From assembly GCA_020060465.1 (NCBI GenBank), contig JAGVAD010000017.1, positions 1,983 to 65,982 on the forward strand: 64,000 bases of DNA. The letters are read 5' to 3'. Below, piece after piece: positions 19,370-29,029 of the stretch. The notes beneath the pieces are model-generated. The model searched no databases. It saw only the letters and a program-made list of their open reading frames with translations, and was not told the origin of the DNA. Source of the DNA: Anaerolineales bacterium. Its GTDB lineage: Bacteria; Chloroflexota; Anaerolineae; Anaerolineales; UBA4823. The translations under genes were made by a program, and so were the position numbers. Position 1 is the stretch's first letter. Each line of letters starts with the position of its first letter.

Positions 19370-20347
19370 ATGCCGGCGGTTATGGCTTCTGCGCCTGGAA
19401 AGATCATCTTGTTCGGCGAACACGCGGTGGTATATGGACAGCCCGCGATTGCTGTCCCAATTACCCAGGTCAAAGCGCAGGTGGTGATCCGCGCCGAGCC
19501 GCGCTTCCCCGACGGACAGGTCCTGATCCACGCCCCAGATATTAACTTACAGGCGACGCTTTCTGATTTACCCGAAGACCATCCTCTGGCGAGGGCGATT
19601 AGGGGGGTACTCGCCGAGCTAGGCGTGAATCGGGCGCCAGCCTGTAGCGTACGCATCCGCTCAACAATCGCCGTGGCAGCGGGGATGGGTTCGGGAGCGG
19701 CGGTTTCGGTGGCGTTGATCCGCGCCTTGAGCAAGTTCTTAGGACATCCGCTTTCAAATGAGCAGGTTTCCGCGATAGCTTATGAGGTGGAAAAGCTGCA
19801 CCACGGCACACCTTCCGGGATTGACAACACGGTCATCACCTACGCCCGACCGGTCTATTTCGTGCGTGGCCAGCCGATCCAAATCCTGCGCCTGCCGCGG
19901 CCCTTGCACCTGGTAATCGCCGACACCGGCATCGCCAGCTCGACGGCGGCGGTGGTTGGCGATGTACGTCGCCGCTGGAGCGATGAGCCAGCGCGTTATG
20001 AGGCGATGTTCGACGCTATCGGCGCCATTTCGCAGGCTGCCCGCCAGGCAATTGAGAAAGGTCATCCTGAACATTTGGGGGAGTTGATGAACGAGAATCA
20101 CTCGCTTTTGGCGCAAATGGGCGTATCCTGTCCAGAGTTGGATGCGCTGGCGCAAGCGGCGCGGCGAAGCGGAGCATTGGGCGCCAAGCTCTCTGGGGCA
20201 GGGCGCGGCGGCAACATGGTCGCCCTGGCGGCTGAACCGGAGGCGGAGCGCATTGCGCAAGCGCTGATGGACAATGGCGCAGCACGCGTGCTGATCAGCA
20301 CCGTTCGAGAGCCGAGGAGCGCCGCTCACACTGGGCAAACAGGATAA
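19370..20347 (+). CDS. mvk: Mevalonate kinase
   Basis: APGKIILFGEHAVVYG and the GHMP motif (GMGSGAAVSVA). Start set at the ATG with GGAG 5 nt upstream; the ORF-track start is a TTG at 19355. Confidence 0.88.
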   Translation: MPAVMASAPGKIILFGEHAVVYGQPAIAVPITQVKAQVVIRAEPRFPDGQVLIHAPDINLQATLSDLPEDHPLARAIRGVLAELGVNRAPACSVRIRSTIAVAAGMGSGAAVSVALIRALSKFLGHPLSNEQVSAIAYEVEKLHHGTPSGIDNTVITYARPVYFVRGQPIQILRLPRPLHLVIADTGIASSTAAVVGDVRRRWSDEPARYEAMFDAIGAISQAARQAIEKGHPEHLGELMNENHSLLAQMGVSCPELDALAQAARRSGALGAKLSGAGRGGNMVALAAEPEAERIAQALMDNGAARVLISTVREPRSAAHTGQTG

Positions 20348-20351
20348 CTTC

Positions 20352-21197
20352 ATGCAGGACAAAAGCGCAACATTCGCAGGTCTCCAATTCCTGAAACTGG
20401 GCGGCTCGCTGATCACCGAGAAATCTCGCCCGCACACGGCGCGCGTAGAAGTGTTGGAGCGCCTGGCGCAGGAGATCGCTTCTGCCTGGCAGAAGATCGA
20501 AGCCGGGCGTCTGGTATTGGGACATGGTTCTGGCTCATTCGGGCATACGCCAGCGCGCCGCTTTGGCACTCGTCTGGGAGTGCATACGCCACAAGAATGG
20601 CGCGGTTTCATCGAGGTCTGGCGGGAAGCAGCGGCTTTGAACCGATTGGTGGTAGAGGCGCTCACCGCGGCCGGGCTGCCCGTCATGCCCTTTCAGCCCT
20701 CCGCCAGCGTCATCGCCAGGGACGGGCGCGTAACGGCGTGGGATTTAACTCCTTTGCGCTGCGCCCTGGAAGCCGGGCTGCTGCCGGTGGTGTATGGCGA
20801 TGTGATTTTCGATCTACAACGCGGCGGGACGATCCTTTCCACGGAAGATTTATTCGCCCATCTGGCGCGTCAGTTGCGCCCTCTCCGCATCCTGCTGGCT
20901 GGCCTGGAAGACGGCGTCTGGCAGGACTATCCAGCCCGCACCCGACGGGTGGAAGCGATCACGCCGGAAAACTATCCCTTGATCCAGCCTGTTTTAAGCG
21001 GGTCGGATGCCACCGACGTGACCGGTGGGATGGCCAGCAAAGTGCAGCAAAGCCTGGAGCTGGTTCGGGAGATGCCAGGTCTAGATATATATATCTTTTC
21101 GGGGGAGATTAACGGCGCGGTTGAACGCGCCTTAACCGGCGAAGCCATTGGCACACTGATTCACCGCGGAAATAATTCCTCAGAGCAATTCATATAA
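20352..21197 (+). CDS. Isopentenyl phosphate kinase (amino-acid kinase fold)
   Basis: LKLGGSLITEK and GHGSGSFGH motifs. Lies 4 nt after mvk. Confidence 0.82.
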   Translation: MQDKSATFAGLQFLKLGGSLITEKSRPHTARVEVLERLAQEIASAWQKIEAGRLVLGHGSGSFGHTPARRFGTRLGVHTPQEWRGFIEVWREAAALNRLVVEALTAAGLPVMPFQPSASVIARDGRVTAWDLTPLRCALEAGLLPVVYGDVIFDLQRGGTILSTEDLFAHLARQLRPLRILLAGLEDGVWQDYPARTRRVEAITPENYPLIQPVLSGSDATDVTGGMASKVQQSLELVREMPGLDIYIFSGEINGAVERALTGEAIGTLIHRGNNSSEQFI

Positions 21198-21315
21198 ATT
21201 TCATACGATGCTCCAATGAGTTTCTGATATTTGTAGATTAAGCTTTAGGGCGAAAACGAAAGCCAGGCGAATCGGGAAGCCTGGAATTACGAAATTCTAG
21301 CTTAGGAGGTGCGCT

Positions 21316-21804
21316 ATGTCTAATCTGACTCGTTGGGATCCGTTCCGTGAGATGATGACTTTCCGCAATTGGATGGACCGCATGTTCGAATCGGCGCTTT
21401 CTACGCCGAGCTGGCAACCCTTCACCTGGGACCTGGCTCTGGATGTAGCCGAAACCGACGATGAATTCCTGGTCAAAGCTTCGCTGCCGGGCATCAACCC
21501 CGATGACCTGGAAATCACCTATAACAACAATGTGCTGACCATCCAGGGCGAGATCAAGGAAGAGAAGGACGTGGAGCAGCACCGCTATCATCTGCGCGAG
21601 CGCCGCTATGGCAACTTCTCACGCAGCATTTCCCTGCCCGCCACGGTCAAGGCGGATGCCATCCAGGCTACTTACGAAGCTGGCGTGCTGACGCTGCATC
21701 TGCCCAAGGTGGAAGAGGCCAAGCCGAAGCGCATCGCGGTGAAAAGCGTTGGCGCTCCTCAAATGATCGAAGGCAAGGCGAAAGAGATCGCCAGCAAGAA
21801 CTAA
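21316..21804 (+). CDS. Hsp20/alpha-crystallin small heat-shock protein
   Basis: Alpha-crystallin domain (DVAETDDEFLVKASLPGI...GVLTLHLPK). AGGAGG RBS 7 nt upstream. Confidence 0.92.
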   Translation: MSNLTRWDPFREMMTFRNWMDRMFESALSTPSWQPFTWDLALDVAETDDEFLVKASLPGINPDDLEITYNNNVLTIQGEIKEEKDVEQHRYHLRERRYGNFSRSISLPATVKADAIQATYEAGVLTLHLPKVEEAKPKRIAVKSVGAPQMIEGKAKEIASKN

Positions 21805-21832
21805 ATCTAAGCCTCGCGCTTGAGCGAATTTT

Positions 21833-21865
21833 CGGGACGGCTGAGTAAGCCGCTCCGAATTTTTT
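21833..21865 (+). terminator. Putative intrinsic terminator after hsp20
   Basis: CGGGACGGC-tgagtaa-GCCGCTCCG stem with one mismatch and one G-U pair, followed by aaTTTTTT. Confidence 0.55.
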
Positions 21866-21919
21866 AACCCTCTTGTCGAAGGGCAAGCGTGAAAGCCCCA
21901 TTTACAGTCCAGGCAAACC

Positions 21920-22873
21920 TCATAGAATGACCAGACGCTGACCAGCGACGATGCGAGCGGGATCAGTCACCTTATTATCCAACGCCAGGCGCTCCACAGT
22001 GGTGTCAAAACGTTCGGCGATGGTGCTCAAGGTATCGCCAGGTTGCACGATATAGATGGCGATTCCCTTCGCAGGTGCAGTTCGATTGCCGGAAGGCGGT
22101 TTAGGGATGGTCAGCAACATGCCCGGCCGGATAAGGTTCGGGTTAGCTTCCACCAGACTGCGTAGCTCAATGCCGAAATGTTCACTGATGGATACCAGCG
22201 TATCGCCTTCCTGGACGAAATAGGGCTGGGTCTGGCTGTCTTTGCCCACCAGCGCGTAGAGCTGCTCGACAGAGCCATTGAACCAGTTCAAGTCCACCTC
22301 AGCGCGAATGCCATCCACCCGCCCATGCGCGGAATATTGCCAGAATACCCATGTACTCCAGCCCCTGGGAAGGGTGGGCTGCTGCACGCCTGCGGCGGTC
22401 CAATGGGCAATCCATAACATGTGATCACGCGCCCACAGCGGTGGGCCACCAGCAGGGATCTGAAAATACGTATTCAAAAACGAGGGGCTGGAATAGATGA
22501 TCGCCTTCTTGCCAGTCTGTTCCTCGATGCGCTTGACCCAGATCTCCACTTTAGAAATAATAGTGGAGGCTCGCAAGTTGTTGCTGATTTCGAGGTCTAA
22601 CACAGGCGGCAGGTCGCCGCCTTCTAAGGTCACAGTCCTTAAGAACAGATCCGCCTGCCGCGCCGGGTCTGCCAGCGGGCGGAAAAAGTGATACGCGCCG
22701 CGCACCAGACCAGCTTGTTTGGCTTGCTGCCAGTTGTTGGCGAATTCCGGGTCCACAAAGGTTGTGCTCTCTGTGGCTTTGATGAAGGCAAAAATCTTAC
22801 CAGCCGCCTGGACGCGCGGCCAGTCAATCTTGCCTTGCCAATGAGAAATGTCAATTCCTGGGGTCAGGGTCAT
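21920..22873 (-). CDS. GH25 muramidase with two C-terminal LysM domains
   Basis: GIDISHWQGKIDW...GAYHFF GH25 signature. Two LysM repeats (YFVQEGDTLVSISEHFG; YIVQPGDTLSTIAERF). No obvious signal peptide. Confidence 0.88.
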   Translation of the reverse strand: MTLTPGIDISHWQGKIDWPRVQAAGKIFAFIKATESTTFVDPEFANNWQQAKQAGLVRGAYHFFRPLADPARQADLFLRTVTLEGGDLPPVLDLEISNNLRASTIISKVEIWVKRIEEQTGKKAIIYSSPSFLNTYFQIPAGGPPLWARDHMLWIAHWTAAGVQQPTLPRGWSTWVFWQYSAHGRVDGIRAEVDLNWFNGSVEQLYALVGKDSQTQPYFVQEGDTLVSISEHFGIELRSLVEANPNLIRPGMLLTIPKPPSGNRTAPAKGIAIYIVQPGDTLSTIAERFDTTVERLALDNKVTDPARIVAGQRLVIL

Positions 22874-23385
22874 CTTTCCTCCTTCTCTACTTTTCCGATT
22901 CCATATCCTTTACGGTTGCGCCATGCCAGAATTTGCGCGGTATGCTCTGCCTCGTGCTTGAAGCTATCTTCAGCAACCCACTCCCCCAATGCATGGCCTC
23001 GCAGCCAGGGATAGCGCTGCGCATCTGTCAGATCGCGCTCCTGAAAGGCTTGCAGGCGGCGAGAAGTCTGTTTGCGCACGGCGATAAAATCCTCCATCAC
23101 GCGCGCCAACGGGCGATCCTTGCCTTGCTCATGCCAGGCAGCGTTGATCTGATCAACGCCCTGTTTGCTGAAATGGACAGTGGTCGGCTTGACGCCCTGC
23201 AAGGCCTGCCATAACAACTTGACCATCTCCGCCTCCCACATGGCGAGGTGATGGAGGATATCTTTCACCGACCAATCGCCGATGACATCTGGCTCGCAAA
23301 GTTGTTCTTCGCTCAGCCCGTCAATAGCGTCGAGAAAGTTCTCGCGTGTGTCTTCCAGGGCATCCAGTATCCCGTCCAGGGTCAT
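22870..23385 (-). CDS. DinB-family four-helix-bundle protein
   Basis: WSVKDILHHLAMWE...HEAEHTAQI: His-rich DinB-like pattern. Overlaps the GH25 gene by 4 nt. Confidence 0.65.
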   Translation of the reverse strand: MTLDGILDALEDTRENFLDAIDGLSEEQLCEPDVIGDWSVKDILHHLAMWEAEMVKLLWQALQGVKPTTVHFSKQGVDQINAAWHEQGKDRPLARVMEDFIAVRKQTSRRLQAFQERDLTDAQRYPWLRGHALGEWVAEDSFKHEAEHTAQILAWRNRKGYGIGKVEKEER

Positions 23386-23404
23386 AGGCTTTCCGTAAAC
23401 TGAT

Positions 23405-24214
23405 CTAAGATGATAGGTTAGGTTGGAACTGGCTCAAAAAATCTCGCACGGCAGCATTGAATACCTGAGGTTGTTCCAGGTTAAGCAAGTGACCGGCGTC
23501 TGGAATGACCACCATCTGCGAATGAGCAATAGCGTTGCGCATGGCTTCTGTTTCCTCCAGCGGAATGAGCTGATCATCCGCCCCGGCGATGACCAGCGTC
23601 GGCAGATTAATCTGCGCCAAAGTGGGAGAAGAATCGGGGCGATCTTTCAAACCATCCAGGTCGCCCAGCACCCCTTCCAACGAGCTATGCAACATGATCT
23701 CCCGCATGCGCTGCACCAGTTCGGGCCTGGACTGGAGGGTTTTGGGGGAAAGCAGGCGCGGGGCCATGCCTTCGGCGATGACAGCGATCCCACGCTGGCG
23801 CGCCAGCAAAGCGGCGGCCTCACGCCCCTGCCGCGCCTCGGGTGAATCGGGGATGGCGCGGGTGGTGGCCAGGATCAAACCGCGCAAACGATGAGCGTAT
23901 TTCCGATAAAAGGCAAAAGCGATATATCCGCCCATGGACAAACCGCACAGTACGACGGGTTCGTCAATGCGAAGCGCGTCCAGGAAAGCCGCCAGGTCGT
24001 CCGCGAACAAATCCATGGAGTAAGGTCCAGGAACCGCCTGCGAGTCGCCGTGCCCGCGCAGGTCAGGCGCGAGGATCCGCATGTATTGTTTTAATCCATC
24101 TATCTGCGGCTGCCACATCTGGCGGTTCAGTGGATATCCATGAACCAAAAGCAGCGGGATTCCCCGCCCAACATCGGTATATGCCATTTCGAAACCATTG
24201 ACGATCACGTTCAT
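23405..24214 (-). CDS. Alpha/beta hydrolase
   Basis: HGYPLN oxyanion region, GLSMGG nucleophile elbow, and C-terminal DAGHLLNLE. Confidence 0.85.
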   Translation of the reverse strand: MNVIVNGFEMAYTDVGRGIPLLLVHGYPLNRQMWQPQIDGLKQYMRILAPDLRGHGDSQAVPGPYSMDLFADDLAAFLDALRIDEPVVLCGLSMGGYIAFAFYRKYAHRLRGLILATTRAIPDSPEARQGREAAALLARQRGIAVIAEGMAPRLLSPKTLQSRPELVQRMREIMLHSSLEGVLGDLDGLKDRPDSSPTLAQINLPTLVIAGADDQLIPLEETEAMRNAIAHSQMVVIPDAGHLLNLEQPQVFNAAVRDFLSQFQPNLSS

Positions 24215-25104
24215 TCTCGTCCTCCTTCCCTTACCATTCTACCCTCTTCGGGCGAGGATTTCTTCCACAGATCCAGCGAGCCGATTGCTGCGCCGCCGAC
24301 GATCAATGTCATGGCGACGCCAGATACCCAGTTCAACTTCTGACCTCCCAGCAAGATCAGATTGAATGTGGAGAGCAGCGGAGTGAGATAGGATAGCGAG
24401 CCGATCACACGCGGATCGCCGCGCTTGAGAGCGGCATCCCAGGCGAAGAAAGCCAATCCCATGGGGCCAAGGCCCATCAACAACAGGGAGAACCCATTGC
24501 CAACCAGGGCTTTATGCAAATCCAACGCAACGCCGCTCAAGGCGAACGCCGACAGGGAAAGCGCGCCCGAGAGCAGGCAGAAACCCCCTACAGCGGCGGT
24601 GGAAAAAGGCGGCAAACGCTTGGTGAGCAGCGAGTAGCACGCCCAGGTCAAAGCGGCGCCGGCGGCCAGCAAGTAGCCGGACATATTTGCCAGATCCAGG
24701 CGAAAGCGGCCGCCGCTCAGGATCAATGTCGCCCCCGCCAGCCCGATCAGCGCCCCCAGCAGATGATGACTGCGCAAATGGTGATTGGGGAGAAACAGCG
24801 GCGAAAGCAATACAATGAGTAGAGGCCAAAGATAGTTGATCAGGTTGACTTCTACCGCCGGGGCGCGTTGGAAAGCAGAAAAATACAGGAAATGGTAACC
24901 AAAAATGCCACCCACACCCACCGCCCAGGTGCGCCACGGCAACCGCCACTCGCGCCAGCGTAGCGACCCTGCCAACCCGCTGACGCACAGAGCCACGCCC
25001 ACCACAAATAGAGGCGGCAAAGAGCGAAAGCTGGCGCCAAAATAGGCCAGAAAACTCCATAAAAGGATCGCAGACAGAGCCAAAAAAGTAGCAGCGAGCG
25101 ACAT
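24211..25104 (-). CDS. EamA/DMT-family transporter
   Basis: About 10 TM helices in two EamA-like halves. Overlaps the downstream gene by 4 nt. Confidence 0.78.
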   Translation of the reverse strand: MSLAATFLALSAILLWSFLAYFGASFRSLPPLFVVGVALCVSGLAGSLRWREWRLPWRTWAVGVGGIFGYHFLYFSAFQRAPAVEVNLINYLWPLLIVLLSPLFLPNHHLRSHHLLGALIGLAGATLILSGGRFRLDLANMSGYLLAAGAALTWACYSLLTKRLPPFSTAAVGGFCLLSGALSLSAFALSGVALDLHKALVGNGFSLLLMGLGPMGLAFFAWDAALKRGDPRVIGSLSYLTPLLSTFNLILLGGQKLNWVSGVAMTLIVGGAAIGSLDLWKKSSPEEGRMVREGGRE

Positions 25105-25132
25105 AAGAATAAGGTTGCGCGTTATTCTGCGG

Positions 25133-26005
25133 TCAATTTTTCAAGCCCATGGCATCTGCCAGCAACTGCGCTGCCGCCAGGTGTTGGGCAGGGGTTTTGA
25201 ATCCATGCCCCATGGTGTTGAAGGAGATGTGCGTGGCACCGGCCGCCTGCCAGTCGCTGATCAGGGTCGCCCAAACGCTGGCGTCGCCATCGCCGTAAGC
25301 AAAGCGCGCCTCCACACCGAAATGCTCCCAACTGCGGCCGGCTTGCTCCACATACGTACGTAGCTTTTCCAGCGAGGGAAGGGCGTCTGCAGCAGCGCGG
25401 TAAGTAGGCATCCAGCCATCGCCGAGGCGGGCGGCGCGGCGCAGAACCGGCTCGGCGCGACCGCCAAACCACAACGGAATTGGACGCTGCAGCGGCAAGG
25501 GGTTCAGCCCGGCGTCCAGAATGGTGTGCCAGCGGCCGTGAAAAGTGACCAGCGGCTCTGTCCACAAGCGTTGCAAGACAACAACTTGCTCCTCGATACG
25601 GCGGCCGCGGTTATGGAAGTTTTCGTTCAAGGCAACGTATTCCACCGGGTTCCAGCCCAAGCCGATGCCGATGCGCAGCCGCCCACCGCAGAGGACATCC
25701 AACGTGGCCGCCTGCTTGGCAAAAAGAGCGGTTTGGCGCTGCGGCAAAATAATGATGCCGGTGGTGAACTGGATGCACTGGGTTACCCCAGCCATATAGC
25801 TGAACAATGTAAGCGGTTCTTGAAAGGGATGTAGATAGGTGTAAGGCCCCTGCCACCCGCCAGGGCGTTCTGGGTTAGCGCCCAAAACATGATCGTAAGC
25901 CAGGATGTGCGAGAAACCCAGTGCCTCGACGGTTTGCGCGTAATCTCGGATGGCGATTGGATCGCTGACAAACTCGGTTTGGGGGAAGACTACACCGATC
26001 TTCAT
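25133..26005 (-). CDS. LLM-class (luciferase-like) F420-dependent oxidoreductase
   Basis: MKIGVVFPQTEF...GFSHILAYDHV...LRIGIGLGW: a pattern typical of the LLM family. Confidence 0.78.
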   Translation of the reverse strand: MKIGVVFPQTEFVSDPIAIRDYAQTVEALGFSHILAYDHVLGANPERPGGWQGPYTYLHPFQEPLTLFSYMAGVTQCIQFTTGIIILPQRQTALFAKQAATLDVLCGGRLRIGIGLGWNPVEYVALNENFHNRGRRIEEQVVVLQRLWTEPLVTFHGRWHTILDAGLNPLPLQRPIPLWFGGRAEPVLRRAARLGDGWMPTYRAAADALPSLEKLRTYVEQAGRSWEHFGVEARFAYGDGDASVWATLISDWQAAGATHISFNTMGHGFKTPAQHLAAAQLLADAMGLKN

Positions 26006-26081
26006 CCTCTGCTTGCTCCACGGGAGCGTATCCGCTGCGCGGCAAGTCAGCCATCGCCGACCCGCCGCGCAGCAGATAAAA

Positions 26082-27587
26082 TTACAGTGTGTAAAGCTGA
26101 CCGTACTTCGTTTTCAGGTATTGGATATATGGGCCGACGCGGATTTTACCGCCGTCCACCCGCTGCACCAACTCATCCGCCGTGAATTTGCTGCCATGGC
26201 GGTAGATATTTTCGATCAACCAGTTGTGCAATTTATCAAATTTGCCGCGGCGGATTTCTGAAGGGATCTCTGGATGGGCGCGCAAAGCAGCCTGGTAGAA
26301 AAGCGCTGAAAGGATGTTGCCCAACGTATATCCCTGAAACGAACCGCCGATCACGCCAGCGTACCAATGAACGTCTTGTAACACGCCGTCTTTATCATCC
26401 GGCGGCAGGATGCCAATATCCTGGCGATAGCGCTCGCGCCAGGCTTCGGGGAGATCACGTACCGACAGTTGTCCTTCCAACAGCGCCATCTCGAATTCGA
26501 AGCGCAGCATGACGTGCAGGTTATATGTCACCTCGTCGGCGTCGGTGCGGATCAAGGAACGCTCGACTTTGTTGATCGCCCGATAAAAGGTCTCCAGCGG
26601 CGTATCGCCCAACTGAGAAGGGAAAGCCTTTTGCAGGCGCGGATAGAAGAATTCGGTAAATTCAAGGCTGCGTCCAACGATATTTTCCCATAGACGAGAT
26701 TGGCTCTCATGCACTCCCGCCGAAGTGCCGCCGCACATCGGCGTGCCTTCTAGCTTTGGGTCCACGCCTTGTTCATACATGGCGTGCCCGGCTTCATGGA
26801 TCACGCTGTACAGACATTCGCCGAGCAGATTTTCCTTCACCCGCGTGGTGATGCGCACATCTCCTACAGAAAAATTGATCTCAAAAGGATGATGGGTCAG
26901 ATCGAGACGGCCGCGCTTAAAATCATACCCCAATATAGCGGCGATCTTTTTGCTAATCGCCATTTGCTCCGCTTCTGGATAATGCTTGCGCAAACAAGAG
27001 TCATCGGCTGGCGGTTGCGAGGTAATCACCTGCACAAGGGGCATGAGTTCTCTTCTCAACTCGGCGAACAGGGCGCTGATACTGGAGGCCTTCATGCCAT
27101 AGTCGGCGAAATCAATCAGCGGGTCAATGATGTGATCGTAGCCAGGGAAGTAATCTGCCATCTGGCGGCTGTAATCCAGCGTTTTTTCCAGCAACGGTTG
27201 GATGCGGGAGAAATCGTTCGCTGGCCGCGCTTCGGTCCAGACCTGATAAGCTTTGGCTTGATGTTCATAAAGCTCGCCGATGAATTTTGGCGGAATGCGG
27301 GTGGCGCGTTCATACTCTCGGCGCGTGACACGGATCAGGCTGGCGTCATCCGAATCGTATGGGAGACTTTCAGCATACGGCTGCAATTCATCGAGCAGTC
27401 TGCCGATGGCTGGGTCAACGAATTTCTCCTGCGCCAGGCGCGCCAGAGTCGCCGAATGACGCCCGCGCGCCTGAGCGCCGCCTTCCGGCATATAGGTGGA
27501 TTGATCCCAAATCAGCATTGCATTGGCCTTATTCAGGTCGTCAATTTCGAGCAGGCGGGTTTTTAACTCTTGCAGCTTCTTTTCCAT
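26082..27587 (-). CDS. Carboxypeptidase Taq (M32) metallopeptidase
   Basis: HEAGHAMYEQG (HEXXH). HPF, DVRITTR and GVHESQSRLWEN blocks. Full length, about 500 aa. Confidence 0.92.
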   Translation of the reverse strand: MEKKLQELKTRLLEIDDLNKANAMLIWDQSTYMPEGGAQARGRHSATLARLAQEKFVDPAIGRLLDELQPYAESLPYDSDDASLIRVTRREYERATRIPPKFIGELYEHQAKAYQVWTEARPANDFSRIQPLLEKTLDYSRQMADYFPGYDHIIDPLIDFADYGMKASSISALFAELRRELMPLVQVITSQPPADDSCLRKHYPEAEQMAISKKIAAILGYDFKRGRLDLTHHPFEINFSVGDVRITTRVKENLLGECLYSVIHEAGHAMYEQGVDPKLEGTPMCGGTSAGVHESQSRLWENIVGRSLEFTEFFYPRLQKAFPSQLGDTPLETFYRAINKVERSLIRTDADEVTYNLHVMLRFEFEMALLEGQLSVRDLPEAWRERYRQDIGILPPDDKDGVLQDVHWYAGVIGGSFQGYTLGNILSALFYQAALRAHPEIPSEIRRGKFDKLHNWLIENIYRHGSKFTADELVQRVDGGKIRVGPYIQYLKTKYGQLYTL

Positions 27588-27625
27588 ATTCTCTCCATCT
27601 CCCTCAGGGGATGGAAGAGATTATA

Positions 27626-29014
27626 TCAGAACCCGCCTAAGACTTGTTTTGCCCGTTCAAGCTGACTTCGCACCGCCTGCGGGGCGGTTCCACCAAACGA
27701 GCACCGCCGTGAAACGCTTTGCAACGGATCGAATACGGAGTAGATCGAGGGGTCAATTTTCAGATTTATTTCCGGGTCAGCCAGGGCGCGGATTTCATCC
27801 AGGCTGATCGAATTCAGGGGCTTCCCTTGAGATTGTGCAAGCTGAACCAGCTTTCCCACCAGGGTATGCGCCTGTCGAAATGGCAACCCCTTGTCCACCA
27901 GATAGTCCGCCAGATCAGTCGCCATTAATCCGGCATCTAATGCGTCACGCATACGGTCGGCATGAACGGTGAGCGATTGTAGCGCGCCGGCTAAAACAGG
28001 CAGAATAGCCATCAAGGTATCATAGGCAGCGAAAAGCGGCGGTTTATCTTCCTGTAAATCCTTATCATAGCTGGACGGCAGACCTTTTAAAACGGCAAGC
28101 AGACCGGTTAAGTAGCCCAGCAACGCCCCGGCTTTGCCGCGCGTCAGTTCAAACACATCTGGGTTCTTCTTCTGCGGCATCAGGCTGGAGCCGGTCGCAT
28201 AGGCGTCTGAAAGCTCGAAATAGCCGAACTCCGCGCTGGCGAATAACACTACGTTCTCAGCCAGGCGGCTCAAATGCACACCGATCAGCGCGGCACAGAA
28301 CAAGAATTCGGCGACGAAGTCCCGGTCGGATACGGCATCCAGGCTATTGGGGGCGGCATCGGAAAAGCCCAGCTCGCCAGCCAGCGCCAGGCGATCCACT
28401 TCAAAAGGCGCACCGGCCAGCGCGCCGCTGCCCAAAGGCAAAATGGCAGCGCGCTGAAGCGCCTGAGCCAGGCGCTGCCGGTCGCGTTGGAGCGGCCAAA
28501 AATGGGATAACCACCAATGGCCGAGTAAGATCGCCTGCGCCCGCTGGAGATGAGTATAACCAGGCATCAGCACGTCCAGGTCATGTTCGGCGCGCTGGAT
28601 CAGGGCGGATTGCAATTCCCGGAGCGAAGCATCCAAAATGGGCAAGTGATCCAGCAGCCACAGGCGCAAGTCGGTGGCTACCTGATCGTTGCGGCTGCGA
28701 CCGGTGTGTAATTTACCGGCCAGCAGCCCGATGAGTTCTCCCAGGCGGCGTTCAACAGCGGTGTGGATATCCTCATCGCTTTCGACGAAGATGAACTCGC
28801 CATTGGCAAACTCTGCATCTATGGCTTCCAGCCCGGCGCAGATCTGCCGCCGCTCATCTGAAGACAACACACCGGCTTGCTCCAACGCTCCAGCCCAGGC
28901 CAGGCTGCCGCGCACATCCTGGCGCGCCAAGCGATGGTCAAAACTAAGCGAGGCGTTGAGTTGCCAGGCTTGAGGGTCCATTTTCCCAGAGAATCGTCCG
29001 CCCCAAAGTTGCAT
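27626..29014 (-). CDS. argH: Argininosuccinate lyase
   Basis: MQLWGGRFSG, TGRSRNDQV, and GSSLMPQKKNPD fumarate-lyase signature. Confidence 0.95.
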   Translation of the reverse strand: MQLWGGRFSGKMDPQAWQLNASLSFDHRLARQDVRGSLAWAGALEQAGVLSSDERRQICAGLEAIDAEFANGEFIFVESDEDIHTAVERRLGELIGLLAGKLHTGRSRNDQVATDLRLWLLDHLPILDASLRELQSALIQRAEHDLDVLMPGYTHLQRAQAILLGHWWLSHFWPLQRDRQRLAQALQRAAILPLGSGALAGAPFEVDRLALAGELGFSDAAPNSLDAVSDRDFVAEFLFCAALIGVHLSRLAENVVLFASAEFGYFELSDAYATGSSLMPQKKNPDVFELTRGKAGALLGYLTGLLAVLKGLPSSYDKDLQEDKPPLFAAYDTLMAILPVLAGALQSLTVHADRMRDALDAGLMATDLADYLVDKGLPFRQAHTLVGKLVQLAQSQGKPLNSISLDEIRALADPEINLKIDPSIYSVFDPLQSVSRRCSFGGTAPQAVRSQLERAKQVLGGF

Positions 29015-29029
29015 AAGCGCCTCCTCAAA

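Noticed and set aside
21198-21315. Possible RNA thermometer in the hsp20 5' UTR, based on a CCAGGC...GCCTGG hairpin and TAAGCT/AGCTTA pairing next to the SD.
   Set aside because: The pairings do not clearly sequester the AGGAGG Shine-Dalgarno sequence. I saw no ROSE or fourU signature and no CIRCE/HAIR operator. The case is too weak to report as a finding.
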